The notes beneath the pieces are model-generated. The model was not told the origin of the DNA and did not search any database. It saw only the letters and a program-made list of their open reading frames with translations. A stretch of 55,618 nucleotides of DNA, filler included, from Dirinaria sp. TL-2023a (lineage: Eukaryota): NCBI GenBank assembly GCA_051941275.1. It is 2 parts of 2 records of this genome, joined end to end, with 100 filler letters (N's around TTAATTAATTAA, not from the genome) between each part and the next. Parts side by side here need not be neighbours in the genome. Positions count along the whole stretch, not along the records: positions 27,886 to 55,618 come from JAVEBF010000136.1; 1 more part is not named here. One strand, 5' to 3'. Every line of letters starts with the position of its first letter. Positions within the stretch are counted from its first letter, which is position 1. The position numbers and the translations under genes are program-made. Of this stretch, positions 37,272 to 49,400 are shown in pieces.

Positions 37272-38047
37272 ATGAGGCCGTCATTATCTCCTTCACTTGC
37301 CCGATCCCGACTCTTGGCCTGTCATCTCAACCCGCGCAACCCGTTTATTCCTTTACTGATGCCAGCAAGGAGGTGCTTTGCTGCAGCTACGGATTCTTTT
37401 CCACGAGCAGCTCAACCTTCCGTATGGAGGTCTATTATCCCCAAAGCATTCAGGGAGTCTAAGCCACAGACTAGTGGGCCAAAGAGGGGATCAAAGAAAG
37501 AGTGGAACCCTGCGACATTCTTCATCATAATCTTCCTTCTGATCGGATCCAATGCTATCCGGATGATTGTGCTACGGAAAGACTTCATGAGCTTTTCCAG
37601 GAAAGCGGACGCCAAGATCAGACTGCTCAAAGAAGTTATTGAACGAGTTCAAAAGGGTGAAAATATTGATGTGGAAGGCTTACTCGGCACGGGAGACGAG
37701 GACAAAGAAAGGGAATGGGAAGAAGGCATGTCATCCTGGAGTCATCTTCTCTTCTTCTTCAGTCAGTCGGTTCCATGTGAACTCCATCTGACATGGGTTT
37801 TGTAGTTCTTCGGGAGATTCAAGATGGTGACCCGATCGGGGAGCCAAGCACAAGCAGAAGGAACGACAGGCGTGAGCCTGGAACACCGGGGGTAGAGTCT
37901 GGTAATACCAATTTGGACATTCGAACATACCCAGAAGCCAGTGAAAGCGACACAACTAAGTCTACGGTAGCTACCCATAACGATACCAGTCAGAGTACGA
38001 GCCAAAAGCCTAACAGATCCAAGCGGGTTACGCAAGGCTTCTACTGA
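37272..38047 (+). CDS. Conserved fungal single-pass membrane protein, DUF5321-like, with a probable mitochondrial presequence
   Basis: Arg/Ser-rich, acid-free N-terminus and TM segment WNPATFFIIIFLLIGSNAI, followed by KIRLLKEVIERVQKGE and LLGTGDEDKEREWEE. Joins the 37806-38047 exon through a predicted GC-AG intron at 37726-37805. Confidence 0.75.
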
Positions 38048-39770
38048 ACTGGTCAAGTCATGCCCCCAGATTTTGTGGATCGAGAGCAGGTCTTCTTTCA
38101 GAGCTAATTTAATGGCGGACCAACACATCATTATTGATCGCTACAAAGGACGACTGCGGAATTGAGAATGAGCGCAGCCTGAAGGCCGGGACTCCAAAAG
38201 CCGCAACTTTGGAACTCGTACACCAACATGGTATGGGCTCCACGCCTGCTTTCAGGTGCCATCGCGGACAGGTGTTGGCTACCGATATATGATCTAAGTT
38301 TTACGGGATTTACGAACCCGCGTGCCCCGGGACACTCCCATGCCCAGTCCTGCCACTTGCGAACCCAGCTCGATCGTGTCTGGCCGGGATCTTCGGACCT
38401 TCTCACCCTTGACTCGAAGTGGACTCAAAATCATAGACCACGCGATCGACAAACATTTACATTGACCATACTCCACTTCCAGACGGCTTACTGGCAGGTG
38501 AAATCAACTGTAGCTGGTATTGCGTAGTTGGTTCGCACTGCAATAGTAATGTTGCCAAGCGTGCAAAAGCCTTCTCATGGTCTGCAACTTGAAGACGTCA
38601 AGATTGGCTCCGGATAGCTACCTTACTTAGAGTAGATATCCCATACGAGCTACCCCGAACGATGGAAATAATAACAAGCTTAAAGGCGTGGCATACTGGC
38701 ATGTGCCAAGTCCGCCACCACCGCTAAAATGCACAGACCATTTGTATAAAGTTTCTTTGACAGGTAAGGGACTGAGGGGACGCGTCATGTTGTACATCTT
38801 CCTAAAACATGCAGGCCTAGAACCCAAAGTCAATCGTAGCCGACGAAGTGGTACCGAGGGTACCTTCAGTACATGTCTGGATTGCACATGGTGTTCTAAA
38901 GTATACAAGCACGGCAAAGAACATCCAAACTCTAGCACCAGGATCCGCTGTCAATTAACTCTCACACTTGAACGAATAGCTCCGCAACTAGCTTGGGCGT
39001 GTTGCATAAGGTACATACGCCGGCATTCTTTGGGACTATTATGTTCTTGCCACACCAATCCCCATTGCCGCACGCCTTGAGAGATGTGGGCTAAATCTGC
39101 CATCCAGCTGCAACGAAGCGCCCAACTAAGATCTCCAACAATAATTGATCGTTAGCTTTACGAACATAGCTTGACAAACCAGCCGCTTCGTCTTAGCGAG
39201 CAAGCGTGAAGCTGCTAGGTAGAACTGCGCCCAAAGCGAAGAGTTTGGTAATGAAATGGTCGAATATCTGAGCGCTGAGGGTCACCGACGGATAATAGTA
39301 AAAACCTTTCTATCGAAGCCGAGATATTACTGTAAGGAATAGCTTATCCATTAGCTAACACATGAGATCCTGAGGTACACATGCCTAGTTTCAGTGCACC
39401 AAGACTGGCCCCAGCAGCCCAATGGACCTGTTGATACTGTCGATCTCTATTCAGAAATTTGGATAAAGTAGTCGTAGTGAGCTTCCTCATTGCTTCTACT
39501 CCGTACTAACATGGGCTACTTCGCGCATGGGCTCATTTCGTCCGCATGGAAAGCCTCCGTGTAATACACAAGATGCTTGAATCAAAAATGCCTCCAAATG
39601 TTGCGTCTTACATCCTGGACGAACATCTGCGCGACCTTAAAATGGCTCACCAGATTATGTAGGGTTGACACACAGTCTGGTTGGAGAGATGTTGTGCGGG
39701 TTAGTAGATCATGTAGCCTGACAGCGTCCGAGCGTGCACTAGGTCGACAAGCAACGATGCATGCTTAACG

Positions 39771-39798
39771 TTGGAGCTTGGAGCTTGGAGCTTGGAGC
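39771..39798 (+). repeat. (TTGGAGC)4 heptamer tandem repeat
   Basis: Four perfect units read directly. Confidence 0.95.
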
Positions 39799-41330
39799 TA
39801 CAGTACATTACCATATTGTGCTCATTAACTGCCATCATCCAAGGGCGATAACGCTAGGTTGAATGGGTGCAGCAATGTACCATAAGGTCGGGTACCTTTT
39901 AGGTACAGGAGTACTTAGTCCATCGCATCATGACTGTTATCGATAATCGATTCGAGCCTTAACCGCGAGCGACTATCGAGCAGTGATAGCCGTAAAGAAT
40001 CAGGCTTCCAGCGGCACTGGCTGTCCCTCGATTCGTCCCCATCAGGCATGGCGGGCGTCTCGCCGGCGAAAAAAACCAGTGACTCGACCAGTGAGCATCG
40101 ATCGGGGAGCGAGATGGTTTTCCGGATGGGGGTCGGGGGTGGAAATTGCAGGATAAGGAGGGGTGAGATGGCTCCCGCATAAGCTCCAGGGGCTCCCGGG
40201 CTAGCCAATGCCATGTGCCGGAAAATCCAGCCCAAGGTTTCCCGTCGATCATCGTGGTTTCTACCTCGCCCTCTTTGCCCCATGTAGGCAAAGCGTCCAG
40301 CGAAGGTGCGCCATGGATCCCGCGCCGCAGTGTCCAAAGGTTGAAGAATCTTATCCTAACTCTCCCCCCCCTCCTTTTCGGCAGGGAGAAGAAATTCCAG
40401 ATCACCCTATGCTGACGCAGTCAGTAATGCACACAGAAGTGTCGCTGATGTGAGACAACAACCAGGATGGAAATCCCCTTCAAATTATTAGCATGTGCGC
40501 TTTGGACAACTGTCCATTGCATGCAGCCAGCATCCATCCCACATGTCCCGCAGAGCTTACGCTTGGGCCCCAACTTCGCCTCGAGTAGAGACCGGACTAT
40601 GATGATCGAGGACACAGATCTGAAGGTGGCGGGTCCTATTCAGCTCTCAATAAGCCGTTGGAAACCTGTCAGCGCTGACGCATTTGAGACCATGGTTCAG
40701 TGACCTAGACTCGATGAAAAAACAGACTGGCGAAGGAATGACAGGGGGTAGCCCCTATGCGCTGGTGGCCGCAGATTCTCCCTGTAGTTTCAAGATGCCG
40801 AGATCAGTCGGTTCTGCAGGTGCTAAACTCAGTTTTCGAATCAATACCGAAGGTGCCTGGAAACAAAACATAATCTGCAGGGCGCGAATGATACCACGCA
40901 GTGAAGATAGTGTGGGTGGGCCGGCTCATTACTGGTTACTTGGTGGGCTCTTTGTAATTTTCCTAGATTCATTGATGCTAGCTCCAGCCATAGTCTGGTT
41001 TTCTTTGTCGCGCGGCGCGCCTAGTACTGGTGTTGATCAAGCTCCTCTTTTGAATATCTACTTGAGCCCGCACCACCTCACTTCTTCCTCTTTCTTTTCT
41101 TCACCACCTCGCCCAGCCCAGCTTGCGCTTTCTTTCGTACACACCTTCGTTTCTTCTTGCGTGGCAGAGTCCGAGACTCTTACCACTCACGGTCATTCCA
41201 GTCGCTCTTTGGCAGATTCACTTCGAACCCTCGTTCACTTAGTCCGAGCCCACGCAGCTTCAATCCTTTCGCTTCACTTGAATTCAGTCACCATATTTTT
41301 AAATTCTTATCACGGGACGTCTCGGCAATA

Positions 41331-43132
41331 ATGCGCGCCAACACCTTCACCTCATCTACCCTCGGCCTCCTGGCTTCTCTTGCTGCACCCATTGCAGCAC
41401 AGGATGGACCATACTTCACCATAGGGTCTGGCATGCCCGTTGTTTTAGAACGTCTGGACCCTCTCTTGAGCGCTGGAAAGGTATCCAACCACGTACATTC
41501 TGTCGTTGGTGGTAATGGCTTCCGCCCCTACATGAACTTTGCTCAGACGCAAAAATCCACATGCAGTACACTCCCCCTCATTCCCGACAATAGCAACTAT
41601 TGGATGCCGGCCTTGTACTACAAGTCGCCTCACAACGGAAGCTTCATTAGAGTGCCGGAGCAACCCTACCACAAAATCTATTACAAATACGGCACTCACG
41701 ACAGCAAGTTCGATCTCGAGCAAAGCGAGTTTCCCCAAGAATTTCGCATGATCACTGGCAACGCTATGCTGCGTTCGGATGATGGTTCAATGGGCAGTGG
41801 GGGGAACCAGCTCAACTGGAAATGCCACCAGCCAAATTATGTCACGCCCTCGGGAACAGGCTTCCCCACAGGTTTTACCTCCTGCAACGGCGGTGGCTTA
41901 GCAGCCACTATGAGATTCCCTTCCTGCTGGAACGGCCAGCCCTTCGATCCTTCAAAACCACAAGCTCACATGGCTTTTCCGATCAATCAAGATGGCCTAG
42001 CTGGTTGTCAGGCACCATACAACGTGAAACGTTTTCCTGAGATCATGATCGAGTATTGGTTGAACACCAAGAGTTTCGATGGCGATTACGGTCCAAACGA
42101 CAACCCATGGGTGCTTGCACAGGGTGACAATACTGGCTTTGGTTTCCACATGGACTTTGTAAGTTCTTTTCGAGAAGCTCATCCTTCTGCTGCGCTGAAA
42201 TCACACGCTAACGGTGGTAGATCAATGGCTGGAAAACAGGTACTCTTGGGAAAGCAATGAAGTCATGCAACGTCGGTAACACTGCCGACCCTCTTGACTC
42301 TTCTACCTGCTTCGGTGCCGGATCGCTACGTACGGGCGCAGAGCAGGACGCTTGCCGTGTGCCGAACATCGTTCCTGAGGATGTGGGTTTGGCCAATCCC
42401 AACAGCAAGGACAACTCGAACACGCACGGTGGTATCCTACCTCACCTTCCTGGCTGCAACCCAATTCAAAAAGGTCCTCAAGATGCCACTATTCAAACAG
42501 GCTGCTCGTACAGTGTTGCAACGTCATTCGTCGCTGGTGCAGACTTGGGATCTCAAGATGGTGCAAATATTGTCGGTGGAACAGGTTCATCCGGTGCAGT
42601 TGCGAAATCTTCGACCAAAACGAGTGCAACCACATTGTCGACTTCGACCTCGACTTCGAGTAAAAAAACAACGACCGCAACTACTGCAACTACCACAACA
42701 AAAGCAAAAAGCAGCCCTTCGGCCACAGGCTCATCCTCGACCGGCTCCGGTTCCAGTGGCGGCAGTATAACCGCCTCTGATGGTTCGACCTGGCAGCTCC
42801 AGGGCTGTTACGTTGACCAGCTGAACCCTACCCGCTCCCTTGGGTCGAATCCGGAATGGTGGGGCCAGCAAATCACCGCGTCGAACTGTGTGGACCACTG
42901 CAGCAAGGAGGGTACGTCGCTATCTGGGACCGAGAATGGAGGACAATGCTTTTGCGGCAACACGCTTGTTGGCAGCAAGCAGGTCGATGCAAGCCAGTGC
43001 AAATCCGCCTGCAATGGCGACGCCAGTCAAATATGCGGCGGTCCAGCGCGGCTAAGTCTTTATAAGAAGACGGGCACCAAGAAAGAACGCAAACACCGCC
43101 ACCTGGCGCGTCACGTCGAGGCCGTCAGCTAA
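41331..43132 (+). CDS. Secreted DUF1996 protein with Ser/Thr linker and C-terminal WSC domain
   Basis: Exons 41331-42158 and 42221-43132. Signal peptide MRANTFTSSTLGLLASLAAPIAA. DUF1996 motifs ERLDPLLSAGKVSNHVHSVVGG, DNSNYWMPALY, FPSCWNG and FHMDFINGW. WSC motifs GCYVD, CVDHC, GTENGGQCFCG and CGGPARLSLY. Confidence 0.9.
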
Positions 43133-43867
43133 GGGCCTGAGTCTCATGGACAGAGCCTCAACCTTGTGGGATGTTTCTCCTGTGGACGTTGTCACGGCAG
43201 CACTACGAAACGCTAGACTACCATTCTTCTTTCACTTCTCGGATGTATCACTGGGTTATACACAGTGGCATCTACTTCGTTTGACACGGCTGGGATTTGG
43301 TTTTTTCTGTCGGCTGGATGCTGCGGTTGAGTTGTACAAAGCTTCATAGGGGCCCTGGGCTAGAAAAATACTACAGTATTGAGCTATGCAATGTTACTTT
43401 CATTTGCTGCTGATCAAGCCACAATGACTCCACTATTCGCTGCAGTAACCGAAGAGTAGTAGAGATTTGAAAGCCGTGGTTATGTAACCGCCCGTCCATG
43501 TTTTCAGGGGCAAAGTTTGATATCCTTTCACTTTGCAATAGTTCAGTCGAGACTAGAAACCCCTAAAATGGGTGAATGGTTGTCATTTTGTTCGCCAAAG
43601 GCGGCTTGCGCTAAAACCCGAAGCGGCGAGGCGGCGAGGCGAGCGATTGGTTGCCGCGGCTTTCGGTAGTGAAGTACGGAGAGTGTACAGTTATTAGTAA
43701 CCTTCCGATGTACTGCAGAGCTGATGCCACGCATTCGAGAAGTCACTGTTTCCAGCACATTATTTCCATCTATCTGCAACCGCTATTTTCGGATGATATC
43801 ATACCTTTTTACAATGCATTCTCTTGTTTTAACATGCTCAATCGCTCCGTGAGCGACCGGGCGCAAG

Positions 43868-45215
43868 ATGAACGGTTTCGCAGACCATGGCCTGGACGAG
43901 GCAGCCTTTGGGGAGAAGAGGAGCTTCACACACAATCTTAGAACATTCGACGCATTCCGTAAGTAGCTTTCATGGCCGTTGATAGTGTTCAATTGTCACA
44001 GTCGAGACGATCTAAATGATGAACATCTGTTGCTGAAATCTTGCAGCCAAAACTAAGCCAACATATACCCGTCGCTCATCTACCGGGGGCTACACTACGC
44101 TCGTTCTCATAATCATATCTACCATTCTCTCTGTAAGCGAGCTACTCCGCTGGTACCATGGCCGCGAAACGCATCTCTTTTCGGTTGAAAAAGGCGTTTC
44201 TCATGACCTACAAATCAATATCGACATTGTGATACCAATGAAGTGCGATGATCTCCACATAAACGTTCAAGATGCATCAGGCGACCGTATCCTTGCCGGC
44301 GACGCTCTTACGAAGGACCGCACGGATTGGTATCAATGGATCAATAGTAAAGGGTTGTACACCTTTGACAGTGGTGACATAGGGCGGCAGAGGGAAGAGG
44401 AGGAAGATACCCATCCCGACCATATAGTAGGCGAAGTGAGGAGGAAAAAGAAGAAAAGGAAATTCAAGAAGACACCAAGAGGCTTTGGGAGGAATGCTCT
44501 AGAATCTTGCAGGATATACGGAAGTCTCGAGGGGAACAAGGTGCAAGGCGATTTCCATATCACCGCAAGGGGCCATGGATATATGGAATTTGGGGAACAT
44601 CTCGATCACAGCGGTGCGTACTCCGTGAATTTCCATCTTGCTCTGCAGCGAGCGGCGGGACCTATTTCGCTTTCTTACCAATCGTATCTGACTGTACCAG
44701 CATTCAATTTCACACATCTGATCTCTGAGCTGTCTTTCGGCCCTCACTATCCCTCTCTCCTCAATCCTCTCGATCATACCCTCGCCTCTACCCTCGAGAA
44801 TTTCTACAAATTTCAATACTATCTATCCGTTGTTCCTACAGTCTACACCACCACACCCTCACCTAAACACATCAATCCATACCGTCCTGATCCGACCGCC
44901 GATAAGAATACCATTTACACAAACCAGTACGCCGCCACCTCACAGTCGCATTCTGTAGGCGAACGTGCAGTACCGGGGATCTTCTTCAAATTTGACATCG
45001 AGCCTATATTACTCACCGTAAGGGCGGAAAGAGACGGTTTTCTACGGGCCTTGGTAAGAATTGTTAACGTAGTCAGTGGTGTGCTGGTAGGAGGGGGCTG
45101 GTGCTATCAGCTTTTCGGGTGGGGCAGAGAAGTGATTGGTGGTAGGAGAAGGGATTGGGGCAACGGCGTACTGACCGGGAAATCTGAAAAGGAGTACGAC
45201 GATGAGGACCACTGA
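43868..45215 (+). CDS. ERV41: ER-Golgi COPII vesicle protein Erv41 (ERGIC2 family)
   Basis: Exons 43868-43958, 44047-44613 and 44701-45215. Motifs RTFDAFPKTK, N-terminal TM segment, CDDLHINVQDASGDR, CRIYGSLEGNKVQGDFHITARGHGY, NFTHLISELSFG, FQYYLSVVPT and PGIFFKFDIEPI, then a C-terminal TM segment. Confidence 0.92.
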
Positions 45216-45732
45216 AATTTATGTATGATATTGGTATTTGAGAAGGAAGGGGTTGCTGTTGGAAAAGTCAAGAACCATAAGTGATTTTGTCGAAGGATTC
45301 CCAATACTAATTGCTACGGCCATTTCAGAGCCTTATGTCGCGCTGGGAGTCGTACCATCAGTCTCCAGCATCCCTTCCATCTCTGCCCTATTTCGTCCAA
45401 GCCTGAGTTCTGTAATCGGAGAAAACTAAGGTACTCACGATACGGAAGACCGCATTACTGATGACTGCGCTTTCTTTTCATCAAGCAGTGGTTGATTTAT
45501 GAACGGTATAGGGCTAGAACAGGGTTTCAGTCTTTGCCCCTGAGTCGAGCTCATTGCTGTACACAATTCTCTCCATCCATTGTACACGAGCTTCTCTAGT
45601 TGTACATAATAGATTTTTCATTGCAGCTTTAGTATCGAACGCTTCCGTTTCTTCCCTTCACAGCATATCTATCCTTGATCTATGGGTGCAGCGGGCTGCC
45701 CTCCCGAAATTACGCTGTAACGACTTCCCACA

Positions 45733-46434
45733 ATGCGTCTCCCTTATGCCCCCAGCACGCCTACACGATCCTCGTCGCCCTCAACCGAAGCAGCCTACAA
45801 GCAATTGTCTGCGCGGAGAGCACCTGGTCCACTCATTCCTCTCGACCTTGCTCTTCTCACTGCACCTCCAGTGGCTGCGGGCTGGTCATCTTTTTTTGGC
45901 GCGATACGCACACAAACCTCATTGGCTGCGGATATAAGAGAGATCTGCATCTGCAGAGTTGCAGCTCTTAATGATGCAGAATATGAATGGGAGCATCATG
46001 CCCCGATACTGAAAGAAGAAGGAAAGTTGGGCGACAGAGCGGTGAACGAAGTACGAGCCGGAAAACCAGCAGAAGTAAAGACCTCTTCTGACAGCCCAGA
46101 AAATGGCCACATGAGTGAGGATGTTGGGTTGGACGAAAAGCAATGGGCTGTGATGCACTATACAGATGCTATGACTCAGAAAGTCAAAGTTCCAGATCCA
46201 GTCTTCACAAGGCTTAGGCAGTGGTTTGATGAAAGAGAGATCGTCGAGATCACGGCCACCGTCGCGGCTTATAATTGTGTAAGCCGATTTCTGGTAGCAT
46301 TGGATGTTGGCGAAATCAGTCAACGACACACCCTACCTAATGTGGAAGAGGCCAACGGTGATCAAGAACGAGAGGATAGTACAGAGATTGAAGACGCATG
46401 GTTGCGTGGAGCAGCAATGGGAATCTGGGAGTAG
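45733..46434 (+). CDS. AhpD-like/carboxymuconolactone decarboxylase family protein
   Basis: Intronless 233-aa ORF. Motifs REICICRVAALNDAEYEWEHH, YTDAMT and FDEREIVEITATVAAYNCVSRFLVALDV are typical of the fungal CMD-like subfamily. Confidence 0.85.
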   Translation: MRLPYAPSTPTRSSSPSTEAAYKQLSARRAPGPLIPLDLALLTAPPVAAGWSSFFGAIRTQTSLAADIREICICRVAALNDAEYEWEHHAPILKEEGKLGDRAVNEVRAGKPAEVKTSSDSPENGHMSEDVGLDEKQWAVMHYTDAMTQKVKVPDPVFTRLRQWFDEREIVEITATVAAYNCVSRFLVALDVGEISQRHTLPNVEEANGDQEREDSTEIEDAWLRGAAMGIWE

Positions 46435-49400
46435 GTGCTGTCATATCTTTTGGCGAGGCTGCCGGCTCCTCCGTTCCAGAGCTGCCCATACCTTACATTA
46501 CTAGCTCTTGAAAGTTGCAGCAGAGTGAAAGAACGGTACGCCAAAGCTTTACGGCCGGTTAATGAAACGATCTATTCATACAACGTTCTATATAAAAGCT
46601 CTCGCTTCGTTGCTGGAGTCGTCTGCTCCAGGATGCTTGCCATTTCCGACCTTGACCTTGCAAGCGAGGGACGAAAGTACGTTTAGAGCAGCATTAATAT
46701 ACCTTTCTATCTATTGAACTAAGGAGTTAATTGATGTTCAATATCCATGGTCTGCTTTTCCTTTTCCCCCGAACCCTATGCATTACGTTCGTGCTTCATA
46801 TTCTCCTCTTCGAACACGCCCTTGATTTTCTCTTTCCTTGCACAGACAGCACAAGGCCGGAGTCGATGTTCATGGAGGTATGAGGTGACAGCCGAGGAAA
46901 TGCTCGTAAGACCCTGGCCCTTTGCCGGTAATGGACATTTGTCAGGGCCCGTGTATGTGATCGCAGTCATGCTCTAGACGAGCTTCTGGCGAGATCTGCT
47001 CCCAGAAATGATATTCTGGCATCCCAGGCACAACAAGAATGTTTCGAGGTAGACCATCATTCGGTACTTACAGTTTACCCAGCGTTTTATCAGTCCGTGT
47101 GCCTTTAACATTTTCCCCAGACAAGGCTTGAACTGATTGATCGTCCTCGGTCTTGGAGTCCATCCGAAGCTTCTAACTGCCGTCTTCTCCTTGGATCGAG
47201 GATTCGATGGCCTGTGTTCCTTTTGAAAAAAAAAAAGTAAAGAAAAGAAAAAGCAGACGTAGCTAGTACTCTAGGATGACAAGAAGCGACGAATCAAAAC
47301 ATGCGGGACTCGGCCAGGGCAACTCATCTGCAACATGATCTAGTATGGCATGTAAGTTTTTCGAGGTTTCCCGTAGCATGGCAAATGGTGGCGAAGGCAA
47401 GCCATCTTCCTGTACAACAACATAACGTATTCTATTTCGGTTGACGTTACGCTTACCGGAGTGCACAATACATAAATGCCACTACGCTTTGCTTTTTATT
47501 CATAAGCAGCCTTTTCAAATTACCTACTTATTAAAAAAATATCCTAATCTTAATCTACTCAAACAAGTCATTGCCTCTAAAACAACCCAACTCCTCCACT
47601 CGATCGTTGAGCGAGTCTGTTCTCCTTCGAGTATCACTCGGTTCCGGATTTGGTCCTAAAATACGTTGAGCGCTGAAGCAAGCGTTCTTTGTGACACAGA
47701 CTTTGCACATCCTCAGTTCTTTGCGCAACAGTAAATCAGTAGAGTCCAGAAACAGGAACATCTCTCTTCCTTCTGCACATACTGTACGAATTTTTTGGAG
47801 TTGCTATTGTGGATCTTGATGGAAATCTGAGTTTCTCAAAGGAGGAGAAAATTCTAAATCTACCAAGATGTCACACTCTCAGATCGACAAATTTCCTATA
47901 ATCCAACTCATACTAGCAAATCCTCAAGGGCAAGTGCAAACCAACCCGGAGCCCTATGGTGCACTATCCCGTTCAGCTGGGGGAGAAGTCAAGTCTGATT
48001 GTGAGGGGAACGGACGAGAGGTCAAAAGTCTGCCTCGAATTCTCCAATGAGACCTTCGTGCCGCCATCCAGATTCAGTGTTTCAATCCATTTCGATCTGA
48101 TGAATAACCCCAAATTCTCACCGATTGCCTCAAGCCCTAGCATAGTATCTTTTCTATCCTCAACTCCGGTTTCGTGGGCCTAGTCTGGCTCCGCGCTCCA
48201 CAAGCTCGATTGAGCGCGAGCACTGTCATCAAGAAATGTTGTGATGCTAGCGAATCCTGTGGAGGAGTCAAGTGAGTAATGAAGGGCCCTCAATCCATTT
48301 GGGTATCTGCTTTTGAAAACCGACCTCCTACAGAGAGGATGGCGAAGCCTTGCGACTGCGATGCAGATCCTTACTATACAGACATGGCACTCATGCTGTT
48401 TGTTAAGAGGTCCCTGACTGTGCCAATCGTCAACGAATGAGACGATATCCATACCTATGGAGGCGTTAGGGAAGCGAATGAAATGCTCGGAGCTCGGAGC
48501 TTGAAAGTCTTAAGAGAGAGACAAGGATCTTAGGACACTGCTTACGGGAAGATAGGAATATACTCAAGCAACGAGGAATCTACGAGTTTCCAGGGTTTGG
48601 ATGTTTGTGGGATGTGTGACGTCTGAGCTTGCTTCGGACGGTTCCATTGTGCAACGAAAGTGCTAACATACTGTGCTGTGCCAATGTCATAGAGCCCAAA
48701 AGCACGGCTATCAAGAAGCCTTACTGTATAAAGCACGATCTCGGATAATTTCTCGATCAGGTGCAGGAGGTTCCTGTGCCCGCCGTCCGGCTGCTTCTTC
48801 TGCGGCCCTTATCGGAGCTGAGATGTTTCTCCGCCTGCCTTTGCAGGATGTCGGATGCATGCCGAGATCTGTTTCCGGAAACATCATACTACATGTACAG
48901 TGCCTTACTTGCTTGCTTGCCAAGTACCTATCCTGTAATTGTCTTTTCCTTCCAATGATCATAATTGGAACCAGACCTTGATATCGATGATAAGGCGAAG
49001 AAGGCTAGCTGATAGCTGTTTTATCCGTAACCGCTTGCTCCTCGTCTGCAAGCACGCAACTCTTCCCGTTATCTTTTCGCCAAGAAACATTGCAATAGCA
49101 GGCGAAAAGCGTGGCACGGCGGGAGATGAACACGCTTCTTCCCGTTCCGAAAACGGCAGCCACGCATCCAGTCCTGGCTCTATTGGATCAATGTGAATGG
49201 ATTCCCTTGTTTTCCCGAGCAGCCAATTTGTGATAAGGTAATAGTCATGCGCGGATTTGCTGTAGTGGGAATCGGATGCTGGGCATGGCAGAACCCGAAA
49301 GCAATCGCAATTAAATCTCTCCGCAATAAGACCGAAATGCTTTTGCTAAGATTTGCGCAGTATGAACGACCACCAACCACGGCTTCCGCTTCGAAAAGTC

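Noticed and set aside
38100..40600. Multiple 60-150 aa ORFs in the intergenic region
   Set aside because: No domain similarity, no consistent exon chain and no transposon motifs; consistent with chance ORFs.
46435..46686. Open frame continuing directly after the CMD-like gene stop (possible readthrough)
   Set aside because: TAG-G is not a leaky context, and the extension has no targeting signal or motif.
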